24,000 nt of DNA from Anaeromicrobium sediminis (GCF_002270055.1 NZ_NIBG01000008.1:4113-28112), one strand, 5' to 3'. Positions 8,795 through 18,487 are shown, counted from the stretch's first letter. A program made the numbers and translations. Notes: generated from the sequence alone by a model not told the origin.

Positions 8795-9694
8795 ATGAAA
8801 AGAGGATTAATTACTAATATTCAAAAATGCTCTATTCACGATGGCCCAGGTATACGAACTACCATATTTTTCAAGGGCTGTTCTATGAAATGTAGTTGGT
8901 GTCACAATCCAGAGACACAAAGTTATATACCTGAAATGATGTACAATAGTGAAAAATGTAATTTATGTGGATCATGTGTAAAAGCCTGTTCCAAAAATGC
9001 TCTAACCTTAAAGGATGAATTTATTCACCTGGATTCTCATTTATGTAGTTTATGTGGTAAATGCATAGATTATTGTATTAATAACACTAGAGAAATAATT
9101 GGTACCCAGTATACAGTATCTGAACTAATGAAAGAAATAGAAAAGGACAAAATCTTTTATGATGAATCTGGTGGTGGTGTTACCTTATCTGGTGGTGAAG
9201 TTATGACCCAAGTAGATTTTGTGACAGATTTAGTTAAAAGATGTAAATCCAAGGGTATATCCGTAGCCATTGATACTTGTGGCCATGTAAATTATGAGTC
9301 CTTTGAAAAAATCCTAGATTATGTGGATTTATTTTTATACGATATAAAAATCATGGACCCTCTTATACACCAAAAACATACTCTAGTGGATAATAACTTA
9401 GTATTATCCAATTTAGAAAAATTAGCAAATGATAAGGCTAATATCAATATTAGAATTCCCCTTATAGAAGATATAAACACAGATACAGATAATATTGAAA
9501 AAATTATACACCTATTAAAAAGGCTTAATCTAAAGAAAGTAAATCTTCTTCCCTACCATAATACGGGAAATCATAAATATGAAAGATTAAAAATGGACTA
9601 CGAAAAAAATTTAAAAGCTCCTAGTGAAGAAGATTTAAATTATATAAAAAGTATATTTGAAAAAAATGATTTTAATGTGAAGATAGGAGGTTAA
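8795..9694 (+). CDS. Glycyl-radical enzyme activating enzyme (radical SAM, PflA/PflE family)
   Basis: 299 aa. It has the radical-SAM motif CSMKCSWC (CxxxCxxC) plus two ferredoxin-type motifs, CNLCGSCVKAC and CSLCGKCIDYC. It lies directly upstream of the GRE gene. Confidence 0.95.
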   Translation: MKRGLITNIQKCSIHDGPGIRTTIFFKGCSMKCSWCHNPETQSYIPEMMYNSEKCNLCGSCVKACSKNALTLKDEFIHLDSHLCSLCGKCIDYCINNTREIIGTQYTVSELMKEIEKDKIFYDESGGGVTLSGGEVMTQVDFVTDLVKRCKSKGISVAIDTCGHVNYESFEKILDYVDLFLYDIKIMDPLIHQKHTLVDNNLVLSNLEKLANDKANINIRIPLIEDINTDTDNIEKIIHLLKRLNLKKVNLLPYHNTGNHKYERLKMDYEKNLKAPSEEDLNYIKSIFEKNDFNVKIGG

Positions 9695-9698
9695 TTTT

Positions 9699-12068
9699 AT
9701 GGAAAGAGGAATAAATGAAAGGGTAAAAAGCTTGAGAAAGGAAAGTACTTCCACATCCCCTTTTATATCTATTGAAAGAGCAAAACTTTATACAGAGGCT
9801 TATAAAAAATATGAGGGAACTGTGTCTACACCCATATTAAGGGCCTTGTCTTTTAAATATTTCATGGAGAATAGGACTTTATGTATCCATGAAGGAGAGT
9901 TAATAGTAGGAGAAAAGGGACCTTCATTACAAGGTACTCCCACATTTCCAGAGCTTTGCTGCCATACATTAGAAGATTTTCACGTTATGGATTCTAGAAA
10001 ACATATTTCATTTAAAGTAGATGAAGATACTAAAAAGATACAAGAGGAAGAAATAATCCCTTTCTGGGAAAAGAGATCTATTAGACATAAAATATTTGAA
10101 AACATATTCCCTGAGTGGATAGATTGTTACACTAGTGGTATTTTTACAGAATTCATGGAGCAACGTGCCCCTGGTCATACGGTTGGGGACGGTAAAATTT
10201 ATGAAAGAGGTTTTATAGATTTTAAAAAGGATATAGATGAGTCCATAAGCAAATTAGATTTTATGAATGACAAGGAAGCTTTATCTAAATCCCATCAGTT
10301 AGAAGCTATGAAAATCTGTTGTGATGCCATTATGATTTACGGTAAACGTTATAGTGAATATGCTAAAGAGTTAGCAAGTAAAGAGACAGATGAAAAAAGA
10401 AGAGATGAACTTTTAACTATAGCTAAAAATTGTGAAGTGGTTCCGGCCCATAAACCAGAGACTTATCATCAAGCCATTCAAATGTACTGGTTTGTCCATG
10501 TGGGAATAACTACAGAATTAAATATTTGGGATGCCTTTAGTCCTGGTAGACTAGATCAACATCTTAACCCTTTCTATGAAAATGATGTGGAAAATGGCAT
10601 ATTGGACAGTGATTCTGCTCGCGAATTATTAGAATGTTTATGGGTTAAATTTAACAATCAACCAGCTCCACCAAAAGTGGGGATAACATTAAAAGAAAGT
10701 GCCACTTATACAGATTTTGCCAACATAAATACAGGTGGAATAACTAAGGATGGCTTTGATGGAGTAAATGATGTAAGTTATTTAATATTAGATACTATGG
10801 ATGAAATGAGATTATTACAACCTAGTTCTAACGTCCAAATTAGTAAAAAAACTCCCCATAAGTTCTTAAAGAGAGCTTGCGAAATTTCTAGACGAGGATG
10901 GGGTCAACCTGCCTTTTACAATACGGAAGCCATTATACAAGAGTTGTTAAATTCTGGAAAATCCATAGAAGATGCTCGTGAAGGTGGAACTAGTGGTTGC
11001 GTTGAAACGGGAGCCTATGGTAAGGAAGCTTATATATTAACAGGATATTTAAATATACCTAAAATTTTCGAAATCACCCTATTTAACGGTTATGATCATG
11101 TATCTGGAAAACAACTAGGACCTACAACTGGTGAGGCATCTTCCTTTAAGTCCTTTGATGAATTGTTTGAAGCTTTTAAAATTCAATTAAAGCATTTTGT
11201 AGATATTAAGGTAAAGGGTAATAATATAATAGAAAACTTATATGCAGAGTTTATGCCTGCCCCATTCATCTCTACTGTAATTAGTGACTGTATTTCTAAT
11301 GGAAAAGATTATAATGCAGGTGGTGCTAGATATAATACTAACTACATTCAGGGAGTTGGTATAGGTACTATTACAGACTGCTTATCTGCAATTAAATATA
11401 ATGTATTTGACGAAAATAAGTTTAATATGGATGAATTATTAGAGGCTATAAAAAATAATTTCCAAGGATATGAGCACATTAGGAATATGGTTATTAATAA
11501 AACTCCAAAGTACGGAAATGATGATGATTATGCAGATTCATTAATGTTAAAAGCCTTTAATGCCTTTTATGATGAAGTAACAGATAGGCCTAATATGAAG
11601 GGTGGAAAATATAGAATAGATATGCTACCTACCACTTGTCATGTTTATTTTGGTTCTGTAATGATGGCATCTCCTAATGGAAGACTTGCTAATAAACCTG
11701 TATCTGAGGGTATTTCTCCAGCTAAGGGTGCTGATAGATTAGGACCTACTGCCGTTATAAAATCTGCTTCTAAGATGGATCACCTAAGAACTGGTGGAAC
11801 TTTACTTAACCAAAAGTTCACTCCATCTGTAGTTAAGGATGATGAAGGTCTTGAAAATATGTCTGCATTAGTAAGAAGTTATTTTAAAATGGACGGACAT
11901 CATATACAATTTAATGTAATGGATAAAAAAATCCTGATTGATGCACAAAAAAATCCTGATGACTATAAGGATTTAATAGTGAGAGTAGCAGGATATTCAG
12001 ATCATTTCCATAATTTAAGTAAAGAGTTACAAGATGAAATCATAGGAAGAACTGAACAATCTTTCTAA
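9699..12068 (+). CDS. hypD: Glycyl radical enzyme, best read as trans-4-hydroxy-L-proline dehydratase
   Basis: 789 aa. The C-terminal glycyl-radical motif is RVAGYS (Gly765, nt 11991-11993). The thiyl Cys loop is GCVE (Cys434, nt 10998-11000; Glu436). His160 (APGH) and Asp278 (IWDAF) sit at the positions I recall for characterised C. difficile HypD. The gene is flanked by an activase and a P5C reductase. Confidence 0.88.
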   Translation: MERGINERVKSLRKESTSTSPFISIERAKLYTEAYKKYEGTVSTPILRALSFKYFMENRTLCIHEGELIVGEKGPSLQGTPTFPELCCHTLEDFHVMDSRKHISFKVDEDTKKIQEEEIIPFWEKRSIRHKIFENIFPEWIDCYTSGIFTEFMEQRAPGHTVGDGKIYERGFIDFKKDIDESISKLDFMNDKEALSKSHQLEAMKICCDAIMIYGKRYSEYAKELASKETDEKRRDELLTIAKNCEVVPAHKPETYHQAIQMYWFVHVGITTELNIWDAFSPGRLDQHLNPFYENDVENGILDSDSARELLECLWVKFNNQPAPPKVGITLKESATYTDFANINTGGITKDGFDGVNDVSYLILDTMDEMRLLQPSSNVQISKKTPHKFLKRACEISRRGWGQPAFYNTEAIIQELLNSGKSIEDAREGGTSGCVETGAYGKEAYILTGYLNIPKIFEITLFNGYDHVSGKQLGPTTGEASSFKSFDELFEAFKIQLKHFVDIKVKGNNIIENLYAEFMPAPFISTVISDCISNGKDYNAGGARYNTNYIQGVGIGTITDCLSAIKYNVFDENKFNMDELLEAIKNNFQGYEHIRNMVINKTPKYGNDDDYADSLMLKAFNAFYDEVTDRPNMKGGKYRIDMLPTTCHVYFGSVMMASPNGRLANKPVSEGISPAKGADRLGPTAVIKSASKMDHLRTGGTLLNQKFTPSVVKDDEGLENMSALVRSYFKMDGHHIQFNVMDKKILIDAQKNPDDYKDLIVRVAGYSDHFHNLSKELQDEIIGRTEQSF

Positions 12069-12081
12069 GGAGGAGATACTT

Positions 12082-12891
12082 ATGAATAAAAAAATAGGAT
12101 TTATCGGTTGTGGTAATATGGGTGGAGCCATGATTGGCGGAATAATAAAATCTGGCTTAATTAAGGCTGAAAATATTATGGTATCTGATTTAGATGAAAA
12201 GAAATTAGAGAGTATAAAAACAGCTTTAGGCATTAACATAACTACTGATTCTGTAGAATTAGTAAATAATTCAGATATAATTGTATTAGCTGTAAAACCT
12301 AATATTTATGATTTAGTAATTAAAGGGATTAAGAATAGTTTAACTAAGGATAAACTATTAGTCACCATAGCTGCTGGTGTGAGCTTAAATCATATGGAAA
12401 GCCTACTTGGTCATGATTATAAAATAGTTCGTACTATGCCAAATACGCCGGCCCTAGTAAGCGAAGGTATGAGTGCCCTATGTCCTAATAAAAACATATC
12501 ACAGGAAGAATTAGATATGATAAAAGCCATCTTTGAAAGCTTTGGTAAGGCTGAAGTAGTTAAAGAAAATCTAATAGATGCAGTTATAGGTGTTAGCGGT
12601 TCTTCTCCTGCCTATGTATTCATGTTCATTGAAGCCATGGCTGATGCTGCCGTTTTAGGTGGTATGAGCAGGGATAATGCATACAAATTTGCAGCACAAA
12701 GTGTTTTAGGTTCAGCTAAAATGGTCTTAGAAACGGGTATGCACCCAGGTAGATTAAAAGATATGGTATGTTCCCCTGGAGGTACTACTATAGAAGCCGT
12801 ATCAACCTTAGAAAAAGAAGGCTTTAGATCAAGCGTCATAGAAGGCATGTTAGCTTGTATGAACAAATCTAAAAAAATGAGTGGTAATTAA
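12082..12891 (+). CDS. proC: Pyrroline-5-carboxylate reductase
   Basis: 269 aa with NADP-binding motif IGFIGCGNMGGAM and a typical ProC C-terminal dimerisation domain (SPGGTTIEA). SD AAGGAGG is present, 13 nt after the hypD stop. Confidence 0.95.
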   Translation: MNKKIGFIGCGNMGGAMIGGIIKSGLIKAENIMVSDLDEKKLESIKTALGINITTDSVELVNNSDIIVLAVKPNIYDLVIKGIKNSLTKDKLLVTIAAGVSLNHMESLLGHDYKIVRTMPNTPALVSEGMSALCPNKNISQEELDMIKAIFESFGKAEVVKENLIDAVIGVSGSSPAYVFMFIEAMADAAVLGGMSRDNAYKFAAQSVLGSAKMVLETGMHPGRLKDMVCSPGGTTIEAVSTLEKEGFRSSVIEGMLACMNKSKKMSGN

Positions 12892-12908
12892 AAAAATAAG
12901 TAGCAACT

Positions 12909-12937
12909 AAAAAAGAAGGCTTAGCCTTCTTTTTTTT
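12909..12937. terminator. Bidirectional terminator (proC on +, yerC-like on -)
   Basis: 12-bp stem aaaaaagaaggc (12909-12920) / gccttctttttt (12924-12935). The triloop tta is the complement of the yerC-like stop codon. Confidence 0.75.
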
Positions 12938-13223
12938 CTAATCTATCTAATACTAAATTATATCCGTCTGCCCCATAGCTTAAGCATCTATTTATTCTGC
13001 TTATAGTAGCCGTACTCGTTCCAGTTATTTCTTCAATTTCATTATAAGTTTTCTTCTCTCTTAAAAGCTTCGCCACCTTAAGCCTTTGAGCAAGAGATTG
13101 AATTTCTTTTATAGTACATATATCTTCAAAAAACCTATAATATTCTTCCTTGCTTTCAAGTAACATAAATGCATCAAATAATTCATCTATAAATTCGCTT
13201 TTTAATTTTGAATCATATGTCAT
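12921..13223 (-). CDS. YerC/YecD-family TrpR-like DNA-binding protein
   Basis: 100 aa. The sequence pattern (EEYYRFFEDICT..E..SLAQRL.VAKLL....TY.EIEEITG.STATISRINRCL.YG..GY) is as I recall for the YerC/YecD Trp-repressor-like family. SD GAGGTG lies 8 nt upstream. Confidence 0.85.
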   Translation of the reverse strand: MTYDSKLKSEFIDELFDAFMLLESKEEYYRFFEDICTIKEIQSLAQRLKVAKLLREKKTYNEIEEITGTSTATISRINRCLSYGADGYNLVLDRLEKKEG

Positions 13224-13401
13224 TCCATTATCACCTCAATTTAATTTTTTTTGAGGGCAACTAGCAAATCCTATTTTGTAAATTTTCGCCCTTTTAAGCT
13301 ACCTCATGTCCTAGAAAAATTAAAACTGCTAGATATATTTATACTTCTATACTTAGTGCCCTTTTCCTTTATTTATAGAATAATTTTTTAAAAACTTTTT
13401 G

Positions 13402-13430
13402 TTGACAATTATTAATTTACCCATTATACT
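13402..13430 (+). promoter_or_regulatory. Sigma-A promoter of the S-box/metNIQ transcript
   Basis: TTGACA (13402-13407), 17-nt spacer, TATACT (13425-13430). It lies about 38 nt upstream of the riboswitch P1 helix. Confidence 0.75.
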
Positions 13431-13467
13431 TTATTTTAAATCAATTCAGAAAAATTAATACATTTTA

Positions 13468-13628
13468 CTCTTATCAAGAGTGGCTGAGGGACTGGCCCTA
13501 TGACGCCCGGCAACCGGCTCGCAAGAGCAACGGTGCCAATTCCTACTATATCTAGTGATATAGGAAGATGAGAGATGCGTCAGTCTTGTATGCTGTAGCC
13601 TCTTTCATTTAATGAAAGAGGCTTTTTT
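13468..13628 (+). promoter_or_regulatory. SAM-I (S-box) riboswitch with intrinsic terminator
   Basis: Canonical aptamer: CTCTTATCAAGAG-TGGCTGAGGGACTGGCCC-TATGACGCCCGGCAACC...CGGTGCCAATTCC...GATGAGAG, with P1 formed by 13468-13475 and 13567-13574. Terminator stem gcctctttcatt (13598-13609) / aatgaaagaggc (13611-13622) is followed by T6. Confidence 0.92.
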
Positions 13629-13669
13629 AGTTACCTATAACTTTTCAAAGTTATAAGTAACTAAAAAAG
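13622..13669. repeat. 48-nt near-perfect palindrome abutting the S-box terminator
   Basis: Arms 13622-13643 and 13648-13669 pair at 21 of 22 positions (single C/A mismatch 13635/13656), with loop ttca. The 5' arm includes the terminator U-tract (13623-13628). Confidence 0.8.
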
Positions 13670-13834
13670 TAAGGGGTATGGGGGAAGAATTCCCCTACCT
13701 CTTTAAAGGAGGGTGTTCAGATTACGATAGTAATCGTCGAAGGGAACCGTAGGGTTCCATAACGAATCATACGTAGTATGACTTTTTAATGGAATTTTAT
13801 ACAGTTAACCAAATAATTTCTAGGAGTGAACTTC

Positions 13835-14830
13835 ATGATCATAATAAAAGAATTATCTAAAACTTACGTAAAGGGTAATGTGAAAGTAGATGCCCTTAAA
13901 AATATAAATTTGCAAATATGCAATAGAGACATATACGGAATTATAGGATTAAGTGGTGCTGGAAAATCCTCTTTAGTTAGATGTATAAACCGCCTTGAGG
14001 AACCTACTAGTGGTAGTGTGATTATTAATAATACAGATATTGTGTCTCTGGCTAACAAAGAACTTAGGGAAATGAGAAAAAAAATAGGCATGATATTTCA
14101 AAACTTTAATTTACTAAGTAGTAAAACTGTATTTGAAAATGTGGCCTTTCCCCTTAGATTAATTAAAACACCTGAAGATAAAATAAACAAAAAAGTAAAA
14201 GAACTTCTAGACTTAGTAGAACTATCTGATAAATCCAATTCCTATCCTAGTCAATTAAGTGGTGGGCAAAAACAAAGGGTTGGTATTGCCAGGGCTTTAG
14301 CTAATGATCCAGATGTATTATTATGTGATGAAGCCACATCGGCCCTTGATCCTAAAACAACTCATCAAATATTGTCTCTACTAAAGGACATTAATAAAAA
14401 ACTAGGCATTACCATAGTCATAATAACCCATGAGATGGAAGTAATAAAAGAAATATGTAATAAGGTGGCCATATTAGAAGGAGGAAGAGTTATCGAAGAA
14501 GGTAATACCATAGATATTTTCTCTAAACCTGGTAACAAGTCTACAAAGCACTTTGTGGAAGATAATCAAGTGATTCCTGAAAATATGCTCCATGGTAATA
14601 TTATTAGTTTATCCTATACAGAAAAGAGTGTAAGTGAACCTATAATATCTAGAATATCTAGAGAGTTTAACATAGATGTGAATATTATTAGTGGAAAGAT
14701 AGAATATGTACAAAACACACCTATAGGAAAGCTTACAATTGGATTAGATGTGGCAAAAACTTTATTAGAAAAGATAATTGAATATTTAGAATCAAATCAT
14801 ATAAAGACAGAGGTGATGAAAAGTGAATAA
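13835..14830 (+). CDS. metN: Methionine ABC transporter ATP-binding protein
   Basis: Walker A GLSGAGKSS, signature LSGGQKQR, Walker B LLCDEATSALD and a C-terminal NIL-type domain. I prefer the ATG at 13835 (SD AGGAG 13822-13826, 8-nt spacer) over the ORF-track GTG at 13826. Confidence 0.95.
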   Translation: MIIIKELSKTYVKGNVKVDALKNINLQICNRDIYGIIGLSGAGKSSLVRCINRLEEPTSGSVIINNTDIVSLANKELREMRKKIGMIFQNFNLLSSKTVFENVAFPLRLIKTPEDKINKKVKELLDLVELSDKSNSYPSQLSGGQKQRVGIARALANDPDVLLCDEATSALDPKTTHQILSLLKDINKKLGITIVIITHEMEVIKEICNKVAILEGGRVIEEGNTIDIFSKPGNKSTKHFVEDNQVIPENMLHGNIISLSYTEKSVSEPIISRISREFNIDVNIISGKIEYVQNTPIGKLTIGLDVAKTLLEKIIEYLESNHIKTEVMKSE

Positions 14831-15473
14831 TATATTGTCCTTAATAATACCATCCTTAAATGAAACCCTATTTATGGTAGGATTATCCACACTCCTGACC
14901 ATCCTATTAGGTTTACCCCTGGGAATTACCCTAGTAGTAACTGATGAAAATCATATATTACCTAACAAAAGTGTTAATAGAATCCTTTCATGGATTATTA
15001 ACATTACCCGCTCCCTACCCTTTATCATATTAATGGTATTTATAATTCCATTTACAAGGTTTGTAGTAGGAACAACTCTAGGTACTAAGGCTGCCATAGT
15101 TCCCCTAGTAATAGCTGCCACACCCTTTTATGCTAGAGTAGTTGAAAGCTCCATAAGGGAAATCCAATGGGGAGTTATAGAAGCCTCCCTAGCCATGGGC
15201 GCTACACCAATGAAAATTATAACACAAGTACTAATTCCAGAAGCTACCCCATCCCTAGTTTTAGGTATTACCATTACTTTAATTAATATTGTGGGTTATT
15301 CAGCCATGGCAGGGGCCATTGGTGGTGGTGGTCTCGGTGACTTAGCCATTAGATATGGTTATCAACGATTTAGAGTAGATATAATGTGGTCAACTATTAT
15401 AGTTTTAATATTATTAGTGCAAATCATTCAGTCTACTGGAAATAAATTAGCTTCATTAATCAATAAAAAATAA
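14823..15473 (+). CDS. metI: Methionine ABC transporter permease
   Basis: 216-aa polytopic membrane protein of the MetI type. The GTG start overlaps the metN stop by 8 nt, and the gene sits within a metN-I-Q arrangement. Confidence 0.93.
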   Translation: MNNILSLIIPSLNETLFMVGLSTLLTILLGLPLGITLVVTDENHILPNKSVNRILSWIINITRSLPFIILMVFIIPFTRFVVGTTLGTKAAIVPLVIAATPFYARVVESSIREIQWGVIEASLAMGATPMKIITQVLIPEATPSLVLGITITLINIVGYSAMAGAIGGGGLGDLAIRYGYQRFRVDIMWSTIIVLILLVQIIQSTGNKLASLINKK

Positions 15474-15488
15474 TAGGAGGAATTAAAA

Positions 15489-16313
15489 ATGAAAAAAATA
15501 TTGAAAACATTATCTTTATTATTAGCATTAGTCTTAACATTAAGTGCTTGTGGTACAAAAAAGGAAGTATCACAAGAAACATCCAATGAAACTTCTAATG
15601 TACTTAAAATAGGAGCAACGCCAGTTCCCCATGTGGAAATATTGAACTTTATTAAGGAAGATTTAGCTCAAGAAGGTGTAGAGTTAGAAATAATAGAATT
15701 TACAGATTATGTTCAACCTAACGTATTATTATCAGATAAAGAACTAGATGCTAACTTCTTTCAACATGTACCCTATTTAGATTCTTTTGTAACTGAAAGA
15801 AATTTAGATTTAGTAAGTGTAGCAAAAGTTCACGTAGAGCCCCTTGGATTATATTCTAAAAAGTTTGAATCTTTAGAAGATATAAAGGACGGAGCAACTA
15901 TCTCAATTCCTAATGACCCTACCAATGAAGGTCGTGCTTTAATACTTCTAGATAATGCAGGTATTATAAAGTTAAAGGATGATGCTGGTCTTGAGGCCAC
16001 AGAATTTGATATTGCTCATAACCCTAAAAATTTAGTATTCAAACCAATAGAAGCGCCTCAATTACCTAGGACATTAGAGGATGTTGATGGAAGCGTTATA
16101 AATACAAACTTTGCCCTAGAAGCTAATTTAAATCCTACTAAGGATGCCATTTTATTAGAAGGCAGCAACTCTCCTTATGCAAATATTATAGTAACAAGAA
16201 ATGATAACAAGGGCGATGAAAAAATCCAAAAGTTAATTAAGGTAATTCAAAGTGAAAAAGTAAAAAAGTTCATAGAAGAAAAGTACAATGGTGCTGTTGT
16301 ACCAGCATTTTAA
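15489..16313 (+). CDS. metQ: Methionine-binding lipoprotein (NlpA/MetQ family)
   Basis: 274 aa. It has a signal peptide with lipobox LSAC (Cys21) and a MetQ-like body (LKIGATPVPH..., NDPTNEGRAL). SD AGGAGG lies upstream. Confidence 0.95.
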   Translation: MKKILKTLSLLLALVLTLSACGTKKEVSQETSNETSNVLKIGATPVPHVEILNFIKEDLAQEGVELEIIEFTDYVQPNVLLSDKELDANFFQHVPYLDSFVTERNLDLVSVAKVHVEPLGLYSKKFESLEDIKDGATISIPNDPTNEGRALILLDNAGIIKLKDDAGLEATEFDIAHNPKNLVFKPIEAPQLPRTLEDVDGSVINTNFALEANLNPTKDAILLEGSNSPYANIIVTRNDNKGDEKIQKLIKVIQSEKVKKFIEEKYNGAVVPAF

Positions 16314-16320
16314 AGATATA

Positions 16321-16354
16321 AAAGGATATGATTTATCATATCCTTTTATTTTTT
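16321..16354 (+). terminator. metNIQ terminator
   Basis: Stem aaaggatatg (16321-16330) / catatccttt (16337-16346) followed by TATTTTTT. Confidence 0.8.
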
Positions 16355-16412
16355 GGTGAAACTAAATTAATAGGTTTATGAAACCATATAATTTAAATTT
16401 CATATAAACTAT

Positions 16413-16440
16413 TGTTTTTTTATAAACTTTACTTTATAAT
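16413..16440 (+). promoter_or_regulatory. Candidate psuK-psuG promoter
   Basis: TTGTTT (16413-16418), 16-nt spacer, TATAAT (16435-16440), about 40 nt upstream of the psuK ATG. Confidence 0.45.
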
Positions 16441-16481
16441 ATAAGCAAAAGATTAATAAATAAACACAAGTTGGTGATTAG

Positions 16482-17573
16482 ATGACTGAAAGAGAAAGAG
16501 AAATTCTAACCCTAATAAGTAAGAATCCCCTTATCTCTCAGCAAGATTTAGCTGATAGACTAGGAATTGCACGTTCCTCTGTAGCCGTCCATATAACTAA
16601 TTTAATGAAAAAGGGTTACATTAAGGGGAAAGGTTATATCATAAGAAATGAAAAATATGTAACTGCTATTGGTGGTAGCAATATGGATATTAGTGGATTC
16701 CCACATAATACCTTCATATTAAATGACTCTAATCCAGGGAATATCAAACTGTCTCTAGGTGGAGTTGGTCGTAATATTGCTGAAAATCTTTGTAAATTAG
16801 GTATAGAAACTAAGTTAGTGTCTCCCATAGGCGATGATATTTACGGACTTAAAATAATGGAGGAATGCAAAATGTCTGGTATAGACATGAGTCATTGTTT
16901 ATTTCTTAGAGACCACCCTTCTTCCACTTATTTGTCCATATTAAATGAAAATGGAGATATGTTAGGCGCCATAGCTTCCATGGATATATTAGATAAAATG
17001 TCTATAGATTTTATTCGTGAAAAGCAACATATAATTAAAAATTCAAGAATATTAGTTGTAGATACTAATATTCCTGCAGATACCCTTTATTATATTGCAT
17101 CTAATTTTAAAGATGTACCCATATTTGTTGATCCAGTTTCAACGGCTAAAGCCCTAAAAATAAAGGATTTTATTGGCCTATTCCATACTATTAAGCCAAA
17201 TAAAATTGAAGCTGAAACCTTATCTGGAATAGAAATTAACAGCAATGATGATTTAATAAGGGTTTGTGATTATTTCTTAGAAAAGGGTGTATCTCAAATA
17301 TTTATAAGTTTAGGTAGCAAGGGCGTTTATTATGCTGATATGAACACTAAAGGCTTACTTCCTCCACTAGACACTAATGTGGTAAATGTTACTGGTGCTG
17401 GAGATGCTTTCATGGCTGGAGTAATTCATTCTTATATGGAAGGATATGAAATGAAAAAGCAAGCCCTAATAGGTAGTGCTGCTGCATCCCTTGCTTTATC
17501 TCATGAAAATACTATTAACCCAAATTTATCTATAAATAATATAACTAAAAAATTAAAGGAGCTGAACTTATAA
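16482..17573 (+). CDS. psuK: Pseudouridine kinase (PfkB family) with N-terminal winged-helix HTH domain
   Basis: 363 aa. Residues 1-55 look like a MarR/wHTH domain ([42 protein letters not shown]). The rest is a PfkB ribokinase-like fold with the GAGDAF anion-hole motif. The stop overlaps the psuG start (TAATG). Confidence 0.85.
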   Translation: MTEREREILTLISKNPLISQQDLADRLGIARSSVAVHITNLMKKGYIKGKGYIIRNEKYVTAIGGSNMDISGFPHNTFILNDSNPGNIKLSLGGVGRNIAENLCKLGIETKLVSPIGDDIYGLKIMEECKMSGIDMSHCLFLRDHPSSTYLSILNENGDMLGAIASMDILDKMSIDFIREKQHIIKNSRILVVDTNIPADTLYYIASNFKDVPIFVDPVSTAKALKIKDFIGLFHTIKPNKIEAETLSGIEINSNDDLIRVCDYFLEKGVSQIFISLGSKGVYYADMNTKGLLPPLDTNVVNVTGAGDAFMAGVIHSYMEGYEMKKQALIGSAAASLALSHENTINPNLSINNITKKLKELNL

Positions 17574-18487
17574 TGTATAAACAATATTTAGATATTCATC
17601 CAGAAGTCCAAAAGGCCCTTGATGAAAATAAACCTGTGATAGCTTTAGAGTCTACTATCATATCTCACGGAATGCCATACCCTCAAAATGTGGAAACAGC
17701 TAGAAAAGTAGAAGAAATAGTTAGAGAAAATGGTGCAGTCCCTGCCACTATTGCCATTTTAAATGGACGTCTTAAGGTAGGTTTAACTGATGAAGATTTA
17801 GAATACTTAGGTCAAGGTGATGATATTTTAAAGGCAAGTAGACGTGACTTACCTTTTATAGTGGCTAAAAAATTAAATGGTGCTACTACAGTGGCTTCTA
17901 CTATGATAGTGGCAGCACTAGCTGGAATTAAAGTATTTGTAACAGGTGGTATTGGTGGAGTTCACAGGGGAGCTGAGACTACATTTGATGTATCTGCTGA
18001 TTTACAGGAACTAGCTAATACTAATGTGGCTGTAATTTGTGCTGGTGCTAAGTCAATTCTTGATATTGGTTTAACTCTAGAGTATTTAGAAACTCATGGA
18101 GTTCCAGTGGTAGGATTTAAAACAGAAGAATTACCAGCTTTCTACACTAGAAAGAGTGGATTCTCAGTAGATTACAAGGCTGATAGTGAACTAGATGTGG
18201 CTAAGGCCTTAAAGGCTAAGTGGGATTTAGGATTAAAGGGTGGAATGGTTATAGCAAACCCAATTCCTGAAGAACATCAAATGGATTATGATGCCATAAC
18301 TAAGGCTATTGAAGATGCTTTAGTTGAAGCTGATGAAAAAGGAATTTCAGGTAAGGAATCTACTCCATTTTTACTTGGAAAGGTTAAAGAAATTACTAAG
18401 GGTAAGAGTTTAGAATCTAACATTGAGTTAGTATTTAATAATGCTCGCGTTGGTTCTAAAATAGCTGTTGAATTGTATAACCTATAG
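17573..18487 (+). CDS. psuG: Pseudouridine-5'-phosphate glycosidase (IndA/YeiN family)
   Basis: 304 aa with typical PsuG sequence ([26 protein letters not shown]). Confidence 0.95.
   Translation: MYKQYLDIHPEVQKALDENKPVIALESTIISHGMPYPQNVETARKVEEIVRENGAVPATIAILNGRLKVGLTDEDLEYLGQGDDILKASRRDLPFIVAKKLNGATTVASTMIVAALAGIKVFVTGGIGGVHRGAETTFDVSADLQELANTNVAVICAGAKSILDIGLTLEYLETHGVPVVGFKTEELPAFYTRKSGFSVDYKADSELDVAKALKAKWDLGLKGGMVIANPIPEEHQMDYDAITKAIEDALVEADEKGISGKESTPFLLGKVKEITKGKSLESNIELVFNNARVGSKIAVELYNL

Noticed and set aside
12027-12866. Minus-strand ORFs 12027-12239 and 12612-12866
   Set aside because: They are antisense to the hypD 3' end and to proC. They have no SD and a low-complexity translation.
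13712-13762. Small ORFs after the SD-like AAAGGAGGG in the metN spacer (GTG at 13712, 5 codons; ATT at 13721, 13 codons)
   Set aside because: The GTG overlaps the SD itself. ATT is a very rare start codon. The peptides are tiny and not supported in any other way.
13864-14091. Minus-strand 75-aa ORF inside metN
   Set aside because: It is antisense to the Walker A region of a canonical ABC ATPase.
16634-16828. Minus-strand 64-aa ORF inside psuK
   Set aside because: It is an antisense shadow ORF with no independent support.
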